Source: Fibrobacterota bacterium (GTDB lineage: Bacteria > Fibrobacterota > Fibrobacteria > UBA11236). From it: 64,000 nt of DNA. Position numbers and translations under genes: made by a program. The stretch is from contig JAYUVP010000304.1 in the NCBI GenBank assembly GCA_043753995.1, positions 348 through 64,347 of the forward strand. The letters are read 5' to 3'. Below are positions 30,024 through 39,906 of the stretch, one piece after another. Within the stretch, counting starts at the first letter, position 1; every line of letters starts with the position of its first letter. Under the pieces are notes generated by a model. That model did not search any database. It was given only the letters and a program-made list of their open reading frames with translations, and was not told the DNA's origin.

Positions 30024-31466
30024 TTAAGCCGGCAAGTGGAAAATGATTTGCTGATGAAAAGTATCGGGAATCAAAGATCCGCCGAAGCCAACGGCATTGA
30101 TGTCGGACAAATCGATGGAGCCATCGGCGATGCGCAAGGTGGGTTCGCCTTCGAGCCCTGGGGCATAAAAAGTGGGGAGACCCCGCAATGCCTCTGACGC
30201 CTCGCGTCCCGTCAAATGCCTTCCTCCGCGGGCGAAGTGATGGCCATTGCGTTCGCTATGCGTCAGTCCAAGGGCCGCGGCCAGGGCCAAATCCTGTTGC
30301 ACCGGTAAGGTCGGCACCGTAGTCAAATCTTCGCTGGAGAGAAAGCCGGGCAAGCCCTGCTTGCGACGTGCGGCTACGAGCTTGGCATGATGCAGAGCGC
30401 GAAACAATCCCTTGCAGGCCTTCACCGAAACGCCGCTATAGCCGAGGGCGAAAGCAGCCTCTGCAATTCCGGGCTCGCCGTCGCTTTCGTCGATGAGCAA
30501 GGGCACCTGGGTGGCCACGGCTTTCACCGCTTCGGCCGCATCGGCGGCGGTGGAGCATTCTCGACGCACCGGCTGTTCCACATAGAGAATGCGCTTCAGA
30601 AAACTTTTCAGGCGATTTTCGCTTTCGAGGTTTTGCCACAGAGAGAAAAAACCCGTCATATTTTCCCACTGCTCATTGCCATCGAGAGAGAGTCGATAAT
30701 CTCCCGCGGTGGAATCTAAAAGATGGGCCAAGGTGATGAGACGTTTTACCGTGGCCTCATCACCGCCACCGATTTTGACCTTGAAGTAACGCGGACGATA
30801 CGTGGATATCACTTCGGCGAGGGTTTGGGGCAAACCGTCCCTGAGACGATCCATAGGTCCAAGGTCGGCATCAGTCAGTGGATCGGCCATGCCCACGGTA
30901 TGTCGCAAATGCATATGTGACGTAGGCGAGGTAGGCAGGTAGGAGGTTGGGTCGCCCATGCCGAGCCCGTCATTTTGCAATAAGGAGAAAAAGGTGCGGC
31001 CCTGATGGCGGCAAAGACCATCGACCATGGCCAATTCAAATAAGGCGGGACCGAAACCGGCTGCGAGCGATGGCATGGGATCGGCGCTTTTCGCCAACTT
31101 CGCCCGCGTTCCTGAATCTACGGCCTGATGCAATTCCCAAGGCGATCCCATGGGAGTGGAGAGGGCGGTCGCACAAGCCTCGCGAATCGAAGCGAGTAAA
31201 TCCGCGACATTGCCATCCAAAGTGCGGCCCTCGCGTTTGTCAAACCACATAGGCGGTAATCCGGAAGCGGCCCAGCCCTCGAATAGGCAGCCCGAGGCAT
31301 TTTCGAGGGATAACTTAAGGGTTGCGACCGGCAATTCCGTCATCACGGCTTTGCCAAATCGAAAGGAAATGCGCAGGGGAATTTGGCGAAACCAAGCCTT
31401 TGCGGCTCGGACGCGTAAAGAAACGCTCTTTGACGCAAGGGATGAGATGACAAACTGGTTGTTCAC
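30024..31466 (-). CDS. Enolase-superfamily (mandelate racemase-like) protein
   Basis: FKVKIGG, LDGNEQ, YVEQP, IDESD, VKACKG and ERNGHH motifs. GTG start with AGAGG RBS. Confidence 0.75.
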   Translation of the reverse strand: MNNQFVISSLASKSVSLRVRAAKAWFRQIPLRISFRFGKAVMTELPVATLKLSLENASGCLFEGWAASGLPPMWFDKREGRTLDGNVADLLASIREACATALSTPMGSPWELHQAVDSGTRAKLAKSADPMPSLAAGFGPALFELAMVDGLCRHQGRTFFSLLQNDGLGMGDPTSYLPTSPTSHMHLRHTVGMADPLTDADLGPMDRLRDGLPQTLAEVISTYRPRYFKVKIGGGDEATVKRLITLAHLLDSTAGDYRLSLDGNEQWENMTGFFSLWQNLESENRLKSFLKRILYVEQPVRRECSTAADAAEAVKAVATQVPLLIDESDGEPGIAEAAFALGYSGVSVKACKGLFRALHHAKLVAARRKQGLPGFLSSEDLTTVPTLPVQQDLALAAALGLTHSERNGHHFARGGRHLTGREASEALRGLPTFYAPGLEGEPTLRIADGSIDLSDINAVGFGGSLIPDTFHQQIIFHLPA

Positions 31467-31493
31467 GAAATTTCCTCTGCCCTTAATTTACTT

Positions 31494-31519
31494 CAGTAAT
31501 ATATTTGTGCCAGTAATAT
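31494..31519. promoter_or_regulatory. Direct-repeat operator candidate in divergent promoter
   Basis: CAGTAATAT at 31494-31502 and 31511-31519, inside the 70-bp gap between the two divergent starts. Confidence 0.45.
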
Positions 31520-31536
31520 CTTGTCGAGGAAAATTG

Positions 31537-32991
31537 ATGGACTTCAAAAAAATCCCGACCCTCAAAAATCCCCAGGGTTTTGCCCAGCGGCTTAACGACT
31601 TGGGGGTCAACCTACCCGTGGATGAGTCCATTCTTTTGGCCGCCGACTCCCCTTTAGGCAAGCCTTTGTCTATTGGCGGTTTTATAGCCGGCAATCGCTG
31701 GGCGGTGCATCCCATGGAGGGTTGGGATGCCACTTCCGACGGCAAACCCACGCCCGAACTCGAACGTCGCTGGCATCGTTTCGCCATTTCAGGTGCCAAA
31801 ATCATTTGGGGTTTCGAAGCCATGGCGGTGCGCCAGGATGGCCGCGCCAATCCTAACCAACTTGTGATCAATGCCACCAATGCCCCTTTGATTCGTGATG
31901 CCGCCTTGCGCGCCGTGGAGGCGCATGCCAAGCGCTTCGGCACTGCCGACGATTTGTTCTGGGGATTTCAACTCACGCATTCGGGCCGCTTCAGCCGCCC
32001 CAACCGACGTGATTTGTTGGAGCCCATGCTGGCTTATCATCATCCCATACTCGATAAGCGCTATAAGATTTCGCCTGACTCTCCCTTAGCCAGCGATCAG
32101 GATATACAGGACTTACGCGATGCCTTCATCGAAGCTGCGGTATTGTCTGAGCGTTGCGGTGCTCGCTTTATCGACTTCAAGCAATGTCATGGCTATTTCG
32201 GTCATGAATTGCTGGGTGGTTTTACCCGTCAGGGTGAGTATGGCGGCGAATCCTTGGCAGCGCGCACTCGTTTTGTCCGGGAGACCCTAGCCGGCATTCG
32301 CGCCGCTGCTCCTAAGCTCATCCTCGGGGTGCGCTTGTCGGCATTCGACATCTTGCCCTACCGGCCTGGATCCGATGCGGGTACCGGCATTCCCGAAGAA
32401 TACGAGCAGGGCAAGCCTTATCGGTATGGTTTCGGCATCAATCGTCACAATCCAAATGAATTCGATCTCACCGAGCCCATTGCTTTATTGAAATTGCTGA
32501 AGGAATGGGGCGTGGCCATCGTGAACGTCTCTTGTGGATCTCCCTATTACAATCCTCACATTCAGCGGCCGGCTTTGTATCCGCCCTCCGATGGTTATCA
32601 GCCCCCCGAGGATCCCTTGGTCGGCGTGGCACGGCAAGCCCAGGTGGTGAAGACTTTGCGGGCCGCGGTGCCGGACTTGCCGCTCATCGGTTCCGGCCTC
32701 ACCTATTTGCAAGAGTTCACTGCGCATGTGTCTCAAGCCCTGGTGCGTGAAGGTTGGATGGACGCGGTGGGTCTCGGGCGCATGATGCTCAGCTATCCCA
32801 CCTTGCCCGCCGATACTCTGGAGAAAGGCAAAATGGAGGCCAAGCTGATTTGCCGCACCTTCTCAGACTGCACAACGGCGCCGCGCAATGGCATGCCTTC
32901 TGGATGCTATCCGCTCGATCCCGAGTACAAGAAATTACCGGAGGCGGCCATGCTCAAGGAAACCAAGAGGGCGCTGAAAACTGCGGTTTGA
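31537..32991 (+). CDS. NADH:flavin oxidoreductase (old yellow enzyme family)
   Basis: ATG 31537 with GAGG RBS; HPMEGWD, QLTHSGR, KQCHGY and DAVGLGR motifs. Confidence 0.85.
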   Translation: MDFKKIPTLKNPQGFAQRLNDLGVNLPVDESILLAADSPLGKPLSIGGFIAGNRWAVHPMEGWDATSDGKPTPELERRWHRFAISGAKIIWGFEAMAVRQDGRANPNQLVINATNAPLIRDAALRAVEAHAKRFGTADDLFWGFQLTHSGRFSRPNRRDLLEPMLAYHHPILDKRYKISPDSPLASDQDIQDLRDAFIEAAVLSERCGARFIDFKQCHGYFGHELLGGFTRQGEYGGESLAARTRFVRETLAGIRAAAPKLILGVRLSAFDILPYRPGSDAGTGIPEEYEQGKPYRYGFGINRHNPNEFDLTEPIALLKLLKEWGVAIVNVSCGSPYYNPHIQRPALYPPSDGYQPPEDPLVGVARQAQVVKTLRAAVPDLPLIGSGLTYLQEFTAHVSQALVREGWMDAVGLGRMMLSYPTLPADTLEKGKMEAKLICRTFSDCTTAPRNGMPSGCYPLDPEYKKLPEAAMLKETKRALKTAV

Positions 32992-33166
32992 TTTTGGCCT
33001 TCGGATAAAACCTGAGACCAAGTCCATTTCATGTCAGAAATTTTTTTGTCTAGTCGGGTAATTCCTGAAATTCCTGGGGTTAATTGGGCTTTCCGCGAGA
33101 GATGACCCCACAAGATTGCGCGTTTTTCCTCTTGTTTACGGGCCAAGATTCAAATAACTAAAGACC

Positions 33167-33646
33167 ATGTCTTCTAGCCTTCAAGCCGAACTTAAGCAGA
33201 ACAAGCCTTTTGCCCTTCCCGAAGAAGAGCTTTTCATCGGCTTATTTCGAACCATTGATTTGTTGGGGCGAGCCACAAGCCAGCTCCTCAAGCAATACGA
33301 TTTGTCTTCAGCGCAATACAATGTTCTCCGCATTCTCCGTGGAGCCGAACCTGATGGCATGCCTTGCGGTGAGGTGGGATCGCGTATGGTGACTCGTGAT
33401 CCTGATATCACTCGCTTGCTGGATCGCATGGAAAAAAGGCAATGGGTGATTCGCATTCGCGTTTCTACGGATCGACGCGTCATCACCGCCCGTATCACTG
33501 AGAATGGCATGAAATTGCTTGAAGTCCTCGATACACCCATGCTTGAATTGCACCGTCAGCAATTGGGTTTTCTCAGCCGACCCGAAATCCAGTCTTTGAT
33601 GGATTCTCTCGATCGAATTCGCCAAAACCTTGCCGTGAAGGAATAG
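33167..33646 (+). CDS. MarR-family regulator
   Basis: LSSAQYNVLRIL, DITRLLDRME and DRRV motifs. Confidence 0.92.
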   Translation: MSSSLQAELKQNKPFALPEEELFIGLFRTIDLLGRATSQLLKQYDLSSAQYNVLRILRGAEPDGMPCGEVGSRMVTRDPDITRLLDRMEKRQWVIRIRVSTDRRVITARITENGMKLLEVLDTPMLELHRQQLGFLSRPEIQSLMDSLDRIRQNLAVKE

Positions 33647-33662
33647 CTATTCCGGGAAAGGC

Positions 33663-33703
33663 TTGACTTTGAGAGGGCGCCGGACTATTATATGTTATAA
33701 CGA
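33663..33703 (+). promoter_or_regulatory. Sigma70 promoter of pirin with a palindrome at the start site
   Basis: TTGACT (33663-33668), 17 bp, TATTAT (33686-33691); GTTATAAC palindrome just downstream. Confidence 0.6.
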
Positions 33704-33733
33704 TTAATGTTTAGACGTTTATGAGGGGGCGGC

Positions 33734-34471
33734 ATGATCACGGTAAGAAAATCAAATGAACGCGGACATTTCGACCATGGTTGGCTGAAAACCTGGCACA
33801 CTTTCAGTTTTTCTGAATATGTGGACCCCGCGCATATGGGATTTCAATCCCTGCGTGTCATCAACGAGGACGTGGTTGCCCCCGGCAAGGGCTTCGGCAC
33901 GCATGGCCATCGCGATATGGAAATCATCACCTATGTGCTTTCGGGATCGCTGGAGCATCGCGACTCGCTAGGCAATGGTGGACTCCTGAAACGCGACACG
34001 GTGCAGCGCATGCGCGCGGGGACGGGCATACGCCATAGCGAAGCCAATCCCGATCCCGAAAAGCCCCTGCATCTGTTTCAAATCTGGATTTTGCCCAAGG
34101 TCAAGAATCTAGCGCCGGCCTATGAAGATCGGTATTTCGATCCCCAGGGCGCGCTGGGCAAGTGGCAATTGCTGGTGTCTCCCGACGGTGCCGAAGGTTC
34201 GCTGGATATTGCACAAGACGCCCATTTCTGGCGGGTATTCTTGCAGGCCGGCGAAGAGGTAGCGCTCCAGTTACCAGAAGGCGAGAGAAATGCCTGGCTG
34301 CAATTGGCCGAAGGCGAGGTCGAGGTCAGCGCGGCGGGTGGGGGAGAGGCAGCGGCGTCCACCGAATCGGCGACGCTAAGTGCGAGCGACGGGACGGCTT
34401 TAAGTCATGTTCGAACCGTGAAGGTCAAGGCCCTGCAAGCCACCGAAGCTTTGTTGTTTGGGTTGGCGTGA
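33734..34471 (+). CDS. Pirin family protein (YhhW-like); intact but probably chimeric (host 5' part plus element-borne 3' part)
   Basis: RGHFDHGWL, HTFSF, LRVINED, HGHRDMEIITYV, HSE and QIW motifs. From codon 62 it aligns to the fragment at 52605. Confidence 0.92.
   Translation: MITVRKSNERGHFDHGWLKTWHTFSFSEYVDPAHMGFQSLRVINEDVVAPGKGFGTHGHRDMEIITYVLSGSLEHRDSLGNGGLLKRDTVQRMRAGTGIRHSEANPDPEKPLHLFQIWILPKVKNLAPAYEDRYFDPQGALGKWQLLVSPDGAEGSLDIAQDAHFWRVFLQAGEEVALQLPEGERNAWLQLAEGEVEVSAAGGGEAAASTESATLSASDGTALSHVRTVKVKALQATEALLFGLA
33917..33946 (+). repeat. attL: 30-bp direct repeat
   Basis: ATGGAAATCATCACCTATGTGCTTTCGGGA, identical to 52605-52634. Confidence 0.9.
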
Positions 34472-34647
34472 AGAATGCGAAGGGTGTTAAGGCTTGTCGT
34501 CTGTAAACCAGGCATCGCGATACGCACCTTTTGGAGGCGGCATTTGCTGTGGCCGGTCCGTGGTAGAAAGGAGTCCGGTCCTCTTATCGATTTCCAAGTG
34601 CGGCCGTCTGCAGACCAAGCGGCAATCGCGCTCGTGCTGTCGGCCAA

Positions 34648-35544
34648 TCAACGCTCTCTCCCACGGGCATCCTTCTCAGATTTAGGGCCGAAACGGCGCA
34701 GAGCCGACTTGATGGTCGAATGGTCCCACGAATTTTTTCGTCTGTGTTTCGACGCTGGTAACTGAAGTGTGGAAGTTGGTTCTTGAATATTCAATAAGTA
34801 AACCATACCTCCCCAGAGATGGTTTAAAAATGTCGAATCCGGTGCCCCGCGGTATGGAGGGGTAATATGGCCCATGGCAGTAGTCCAAGCCTTTCCGCCC
34901 AGGTAGCTGCAAGACCAAGTCATGGGGTGATCAGTTCCAGGCTTGCCTTTGGGAAAGCTCGACTCGTCTACCGTCGTCAGAATTCGCATGCTGGGATTGC
35001 TTGCCGAACGGGGATTAGCTCGAAACCCATAAATCTCATCTATACGGGACCATCGTTTCGGCATACCCTTGGTTGAAGGATCCGTCGAATCCTCAACAAC
35101 TATCGTATGGGTCGTATTGGAATCTCCAGGCAGGCTTTGAAAATAAGCACCGCCGATCAGCTTTCCGTAAAAGACCCAATTCGTTTCCGCATCTAAGGCG
35201 GCATGGATAAATTGAGCGCTTCCACCCTTTTTAAACCAGGATTCAAAGGCATCTTGCTGGGAGTTGTTGAGAAAATCCCCGGTTGTCTTCAAGAAAATCA
35301 CGGACTTATAGTGGGCTAATCCGGTATCTGATATCAAGGCGGCATTTTCCGATGTGTCAACCAGTAAACCCTTGGTTTCGTAAAATTTTTTCAGAGCTGA
35401 TCGAGTGTCGGCAATATTGTTTTCACGAGTTGAGGATGTCTTGGTGAAAATCAAGACCCGATCGGCGGCCAAAGCTACGCCGGAAGCTAGGAGGGTCACA
35501 ATCCACCCGTGGCACCGAAACCGAGGACTCCTGTTTTCCATCAT
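34648..35544 (-). CDS. ThuA-like (class I GAT-fold) secreted protein
   Basis: VLIFTKT, FLKTTGDFLN, DEIYGF, DHPMTW and TAMGH motifs; basic tail ending DARGRER. Confidence 0.82.
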   Translation of the reverse strand: MMENRSPRFRCHGWIVTLLASGVALAADRVLIFTKTSSTRENNIADTRSALKKFYETKGLLVDTSENAALISDTGLAHYKSVIFLKTTGDFLNNSQQDAFESWFKKGGSAQFIHAALDAETNWVFYGKLIGGAYFQSLPGDSNTTHTIVVEDSTDPSTKGMPKRWSRIDEIYGFRANPRSASNPSMRILTTVDESSFPKGKPGTDHPMTWSCSYLGGKAWTTAMGHITPPYRGAPDSTFLNHLWGGMVYLLNIQEPTSTLQLPASKHRRKNSWDHSTIKSALRRFGPKSEKDARGRER

Positions 35545-35553
35545 TTCTCCAAT

Positions 35554-38500
35554 TCAGTTCGGTTCTGGGTCAAAGGATATCTGATAAACCGACGCGGCTT
35601 TTGCCTTGGCCTCATCGGAAAAGCCGACATAGGGAACGCCGGTCGAGCTTATGGCCATTGAAATGTAGGATGCGCCCTTGGTGGTTAGACCGGGTTCTCC
35701 CGCATATTCCCAGGTTAAATGATGCCATCTCATAACGGAGAGGTTGCTGTTAACACCCTCACCAAAGGCAAAATACGGGATTCCATTTTTGTCGATCGCA
35801 ATCGCGTTAGACTGTGCGATGTCGTCTGAAAATCCAGGCTCGCCAACGTATTCCCAGGAGCTTTTCTGAAGGCGCATTACCGTCGCTCTATTGCCGTTTG
35901 CAAAGTCTTGAAATCCCACATAGGGAATGTCTTTGTCATCCGCAGCGATAACGGGCTGACTGATATAACCCGGCGTGAATCCCGCATTACCTAGAACGAC
36001 CCACGATGTGCCATCGAACTTCATTGCCGTGAGTCGGTTCGTTTGTGTCTCGTCTTCAAATAAAACGATGAGGGTACCTGATGGGCTGACGGTGTGCTTT
36101 ACGGCACCGACCTTACCCGGTGAAAAGCCGGGAGGGCCTAGGTCAACCCAATTGGTCCCATTGAATCGCATGGCGGAAGCTTTAGCGGAAGTGTCGCGGT
36201 AGGTCACAATGGGTGAGCCATCTTTTAAGATGCCCAGTTGAAGATCGCCTGCCATACCAGGAGTAAAACCTGGGGAGCCAATCACGGCCCACGTTGAACC
36301 TGTATACTTCATCACAGTAGCCCGAAATTCAAGATCACCATCCAGGTAGGCCACCAAGGGCGAGCCTTGATTGTCGATTTGCAAGGTAGTGCCGAATACT
36401 CGGCCAGAAGAAAACCCAGCTGTGCCCACGAATTGCCACGAGAGACCGTTTAAGCGCATCACGGTCGCTTTCTCCTCGTTCATCGCATCTCGGAATGCAA
36501 CATGGATCACGTTTTCTTTGTTTAAAGAAAGAGACAGATCGTAAACATTAGCGGGGGAAAAGCCGGTATTGCTTACCGGCCCTCGGATCGCGAGGGTTAA
36601 TTCCCGAGAACCTGACGCGGACCAATTCCCCGCAGAATCTCGCTCTTGAACAAAAAGGGTGTGCGGGCCTTCCGAAAGTTGAGGGGAGGCGGTAAAGCGG
36701 GTGGCAATGGTTTCTGCCGCACCGGAGAGATCGGCATTATCCAGCTTGAATCTATAACTCGCAATTCCATCTCCTCCCGAAATCCAGCCCCAAGTTGGAG
36801 TGAGGCTATTCAACGGTGATTTGGGTAAGGCAAACAACATGGGTGTGCCTGGGGGCGTTCGGTCGATCTTAATTGAAGACGCACTGACCTTTGACCAGTT
36901 TCCGGCGGAATCCCGCTCCCGCACATAGAGAACGTGAGCGCCGTCTTTCAGGCCCAATGGCGACACAAATGATTTTGCCTTTGTGGTCGAATCGCTTGAG
37001 GTGAAATCAGGGCTATCCAGTTTGGCCTGGAAAACTCCTAAATCTCCTTGGCCACCAGTGAGCCACGACCATGAGGGTTGGGCGTTATTCGTTAGGCTGC
37101 CGGTGGTGCTTGAAACAAGCGGTGGGTTCGGCGGTGTCGTGTCTATTCGTACGGCCGCAGAACCGCTAGAAGACCAGTTGCCAGCCAAGTCTTTTTCCTG
37201 CACAAAGAGGGTATGGGTTCCGATGCTGAGATCGGTGGCGGCTGTGAATGCCGTGTCCCTGGTTGCGATGGCATCGGAAAAATTTGCTGAGTCGAGCCGA
37301 ATCCTAAACCGGCCGGAACCGCCGCCACTTCCGATCCACTTCCATTTAGGAGTGCGGGTATTCACCGGAGATTCGGCAAATACCATTGGTCTTTCTGGGG
37401 CGGTTGTATCCAATTCAATGGTGATGGTGTCAAAGGCTGTTCGCCCTAAAACCGTTGTATCCACAAAAAGCCTGTTCTTGCCTTCGGATAGCCTGAATGT
37501 TTTTTGTCTCGGCGTTCCATTCACCGTGAATTGCACGGTTACGGGCGTGTAATTGATCAACGTGTCTTGGGTGGGAGATGTGATTTCGATAGTCAAGGGC
37601 GGCGGCGGCTCAATGTCGCCGACTGAAATAAGGACAGCGACTAAATCGGAGTCTTGCCCATCAAATGCACGGAACGTAACTGAACGGTTACCTGTCTGGT
37701 TGCCGCTGGGTGTCCACGAGAATGATTTGCCCAAGAAGGTCGCCCCATCGGGAAGTTCGCGAGCAGTAAAGGAAATTGTGTCGCCGTCGGCGTCGGTTGC
37801 TGCGATTTCGAAAGAAAGAGTTGCACCCGCATTGACCGTCTTGTTTCCTATTTCCGCCAGCTTAGGAGCGCGATTCTGATTTCGGATCGAGATCGAAAGT
37901 GTTTTTTCGACCTGGGTAGTTTCATCCTTGGCCCGAATGACGAGACGGTAAGGGTCCTTGCGGCTTTGGTCAAAGCCCGGTCGCCATGTGATCGTCCCTT
38001 GGCCGGGGCCGGGTTTATCAACCGTGACTATACAGCCCTTAGGCAATTCAGGGTTCCCTGAAATGAAAAGCTTGGGTGTTGTGCCATCGGGATCGGATGT
38101 GCTGATTAGGAGTGTCAGGGAGTCGTTTTCAAAAATTGTCGTGTCGGCGGTAAAGGAAAGAGTCGGCGGCCTGTTCACATTTCCGATGGATAGAATCACG
38201 GTCAGGGAGTCGGAGTCTTTTCCGTCATTGGCGCGAAACTTGATTGGATAGTTTCCTGTCTGTGTGGCATTGGGCGTCCAGTTGAACGCGCCTTGGATGA
38301 AAGTGGCCGTCTGGGGAAGTGTTGTTGTATCTACCGAAACGATAAGCCCGTCCGGGCCATCTGGATCGGTGGCGGTAACCTGGAAGGTAACGGGGCTCTC
38401 CGGTTGCCCCGTCTTGTTTTCAATGGGCGAGAGCTTCGGCGGGCGGTTCACGTTGATCACCTTCACACGGGTGATCTTTTCCACCTTCTGGGTCGCCGAG

Positions 38501-39144
38501 GAATACACGAAGGTTACGGCATAGGGTTCGGCGCGGCCTTGCTCGAAGCCGGGCCGCCAAGTGAAATAGCCATCACCCGCATCGCGACCCGCCGTTTCAA
38601 GCACGGCACCGGAAATGGAATCCTTGAGAGTCAAGGTCGTGCTGCCAGCCCAGGGATTCCGAACGCTAACGCGGAAGTGGAGAATGTCGTCTTCGTTGAT
38701 GGCCGTGTCGGTGGGTGCTTGTATTTCGGGGATGCTTGGTGCGACCACAACCGTTTCCGGCGTGTCTCTCTTGATCGGTAAATCCTTCGATTGAGAGCCG
38801 GATTCAAGAAAGGTCACTTCCTTGTTAACCCCTACTTTTCCATCCTTGTAGCCAATGATTGTGATCGTGTACTCGCGTCCTACCCGAGGATCGAGAGGTA
38901 GCCCCTTGACTTGGTTGGAGTCCCGCAAAATGCCGTGGAAAACCTCCTGCGAGAATTTCCCATCCTTGCTGTGTACGGTCACGATAAGAGAATCGAAGCG
39001 CAAAAGGCTGTCATTACTCTTGTCGATCTGCATGCTTAGCACATGCGCATTTTCCTCCGAGGTCGGACAGGCGACAAGGAAGAGACCGACGACGAGGGAA
39101 AGCCCTAAAAGGATTCGGCTAAGTAGGTTGTGATTCATTCGCAT
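35554..39144 (-). CDS. Large surface lipoprotein with cadherin-like/Ig-like repeats and a C-terminal beta-propeller
   Basis: Lipobox LVAC; three NRxPxL cadherin-like repeats; three DxTxP...GxHxLxVxExDxAGNWS Big-type repeats; repeated GxxGF blades. Confidence 0.75.
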   Translation of the reverse strand: MRMNHNLLSRILLGLSLVVGLFLVACPTSEENAHVLSMQIDKSNDSLLRFDSLIVTVHSKDGKFSQEVFHGILRDSNQVKGLPLDPRVGREYTITIIGYKDGKVGVNKEVTFLESGSQSKDLPIKRDTPETVVVAPSIPEIQAPTDTAINEDDILHFRVSVRNPWAGSTTLTLKDSISGAVLETAGRDAGDGYFTWRPGFEQGRAEPYAVTFVYSSATQKVEKITRVKVINVNRPPKLSPIENKTGQPESPVTFQVTATDPDGPDGLIVSVDTTTLPQTATFIQGAFNWTPNATQTGNYPIKFRANDGKDSDSLTVILSIGNVNRPPTLSFTADTTIFENDSLTLLISTSDPDGTTPKLFISGNPELPKGCIVTVDKPGPGQGTITWRPGFDQSRKDPYRLVIRAKDETTQVEKTLSISIRNQNRAPKLAEIGNKTVNAGATLSFEIAATDADGDTISFTARELPDGATFLGKSFSWTPSGNQTGNRSVTFRAFDGQDSDLVAVLISVGDIEPPPPLTIEITSPTQDTLINYTPVTVQFTVNGTPRQKTFRLSEGKNRLFVDTTVLGRTAFDTITIELDTTAPERPMVFAESPVNTRTPKWKWIGSGGGSGRFRIRLDSANFSDAIATRDTAFTAATDLSIGTHTLFVQEKDLAGNWSSSGSAAVRIDTTPPNPPLVSSTTGSLTNNAQPSWSWLTGGQGDLGVFQAKLDSPDFTSSDSTTKAKSFVSPLGLKDGAHVLYVRERDSAGNWSKVSASSIKIDRTPPGTPMLFALPKSPLNSLTPTWGWISGGDGIASYRFKLDNADLSGAAETIATRFTASPQLSEGPHTLFVQERDSAGNWSASGSRELTLAIRGPVSNTGFSPANVYDLSLSLNKENVIHVAFRDAMNEEKATVMRLNGLSWQFVGTAGFSSGRVFGTTLQIDNQGSPLVAYLDGDLEFRATVMKYTGSTWAVIGSPGFTPGMAGDLQLGILKDGSPIVTYRDTSAKASAMRFNGTNWVDLGPPGFSPGKVGAVKHTVSPSGTLIVLFEDETQTNRLTAMKFDGTSWVVLGNAGFTPGYISQPVIAADDKDIPYVGFQDFANGNRATVMRLQKSSWEYVGEPGFSDDIAQSNAIAIDKNGIPYFAFGEGVNSNLSVMRWHHLTWEYAGEPGLTTKGASYISMAISSTGVPYVGFSDEAKAKAASVYQISFDPEPN

Positions 39145-39743
39145 TAGGGTTTTATCCGGTCATCATGGGTGACGGGTTCGTCGGATTCATTCATCAAGAC
39201 ATACAAGGTGGTTCCGACGGCGGCGCTAAGGCCAATACCACCCGCCGTCCACCAAATCCAATTCGAAGACTTCTTCTTTGTTCCTTTTGCGGTCTTGGTT
39301 CCTGCGGCTGTTTCATTGCCCACGACATCATGGCCCTGAACATATTCCTGGTGCTTCAGGTGGTTTAGTTTCACGCTCTTGAAAATGGCGTCAACATTGT
39401 CGCTAATATAGAGATCGACCAATTCAATGGACGGTTTCAACTTCAAGAGTTGAATCATGTAGCTCTCAGCTTTCAGCCTTGTGGCTGAATCTGAGGCATA
39501 TATCACGCTGAGGTATTTGAAAACGAAGATGCTGTCTTCGCGGGTTTTCGGGGCGAATCTTGCCCGCCATTCCTCCAAGGCAAGCGTTGCTTGCTGGAAA
39601 TCGCCTTCAAAGAATGCGCTGTTGATTGTGTCTCTATCCAGCGATCCATTGGATTTGAACCCGAATTCCGCATTTGCGGCGGGAGCGAGTAGGCAAAAGC
39701 CAACTAGCAGGGCGAGCTTGAAAAATGGGGCCATCAGGGGCAA
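39144..39743 (-). CDS. Hypothetical secreted/membrane protein coupled to the Ig-like gene
   Basis: Signal peptide, helical TPR-like core and C-terminal TM (WIWWTAGGIGLSAAVG). Its stop overlaps the next start. Confidence 0.65.
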   Translation of the reverse strand: MPLMAPFFKLALLVGFCLLAPAANAEFGFKSNGSLDRDTINSAFFEGDFQQATLALEEWRARFAPKTREDSIFVFKYLSVIYASDSATRLKAESYMIQLLKLKPSIELVDLYISDNVDAIFKSVKLNHLKHQEYVQGHDVVGNETAAGTKTAKGTKKKSSNWIWWTAGGIGLSAAVGTTLYVLMNESDEPVTHDDRIKP

Positions 39744-39906
39744 AAGCTACTTTTTCCATGGTTCGCCCTATGGCGGGGAAGCGGCTGGATGGCATTGCGA
39801 ATGCCGGTTACACTTCACCGATTTGAATCGTCCAAGCGCGTACTTTTATGGTTCTAATGTGATTTACTGGCCTTTCAAGTAGACCGATGAACAAAAACAA
39901 ACTTCG

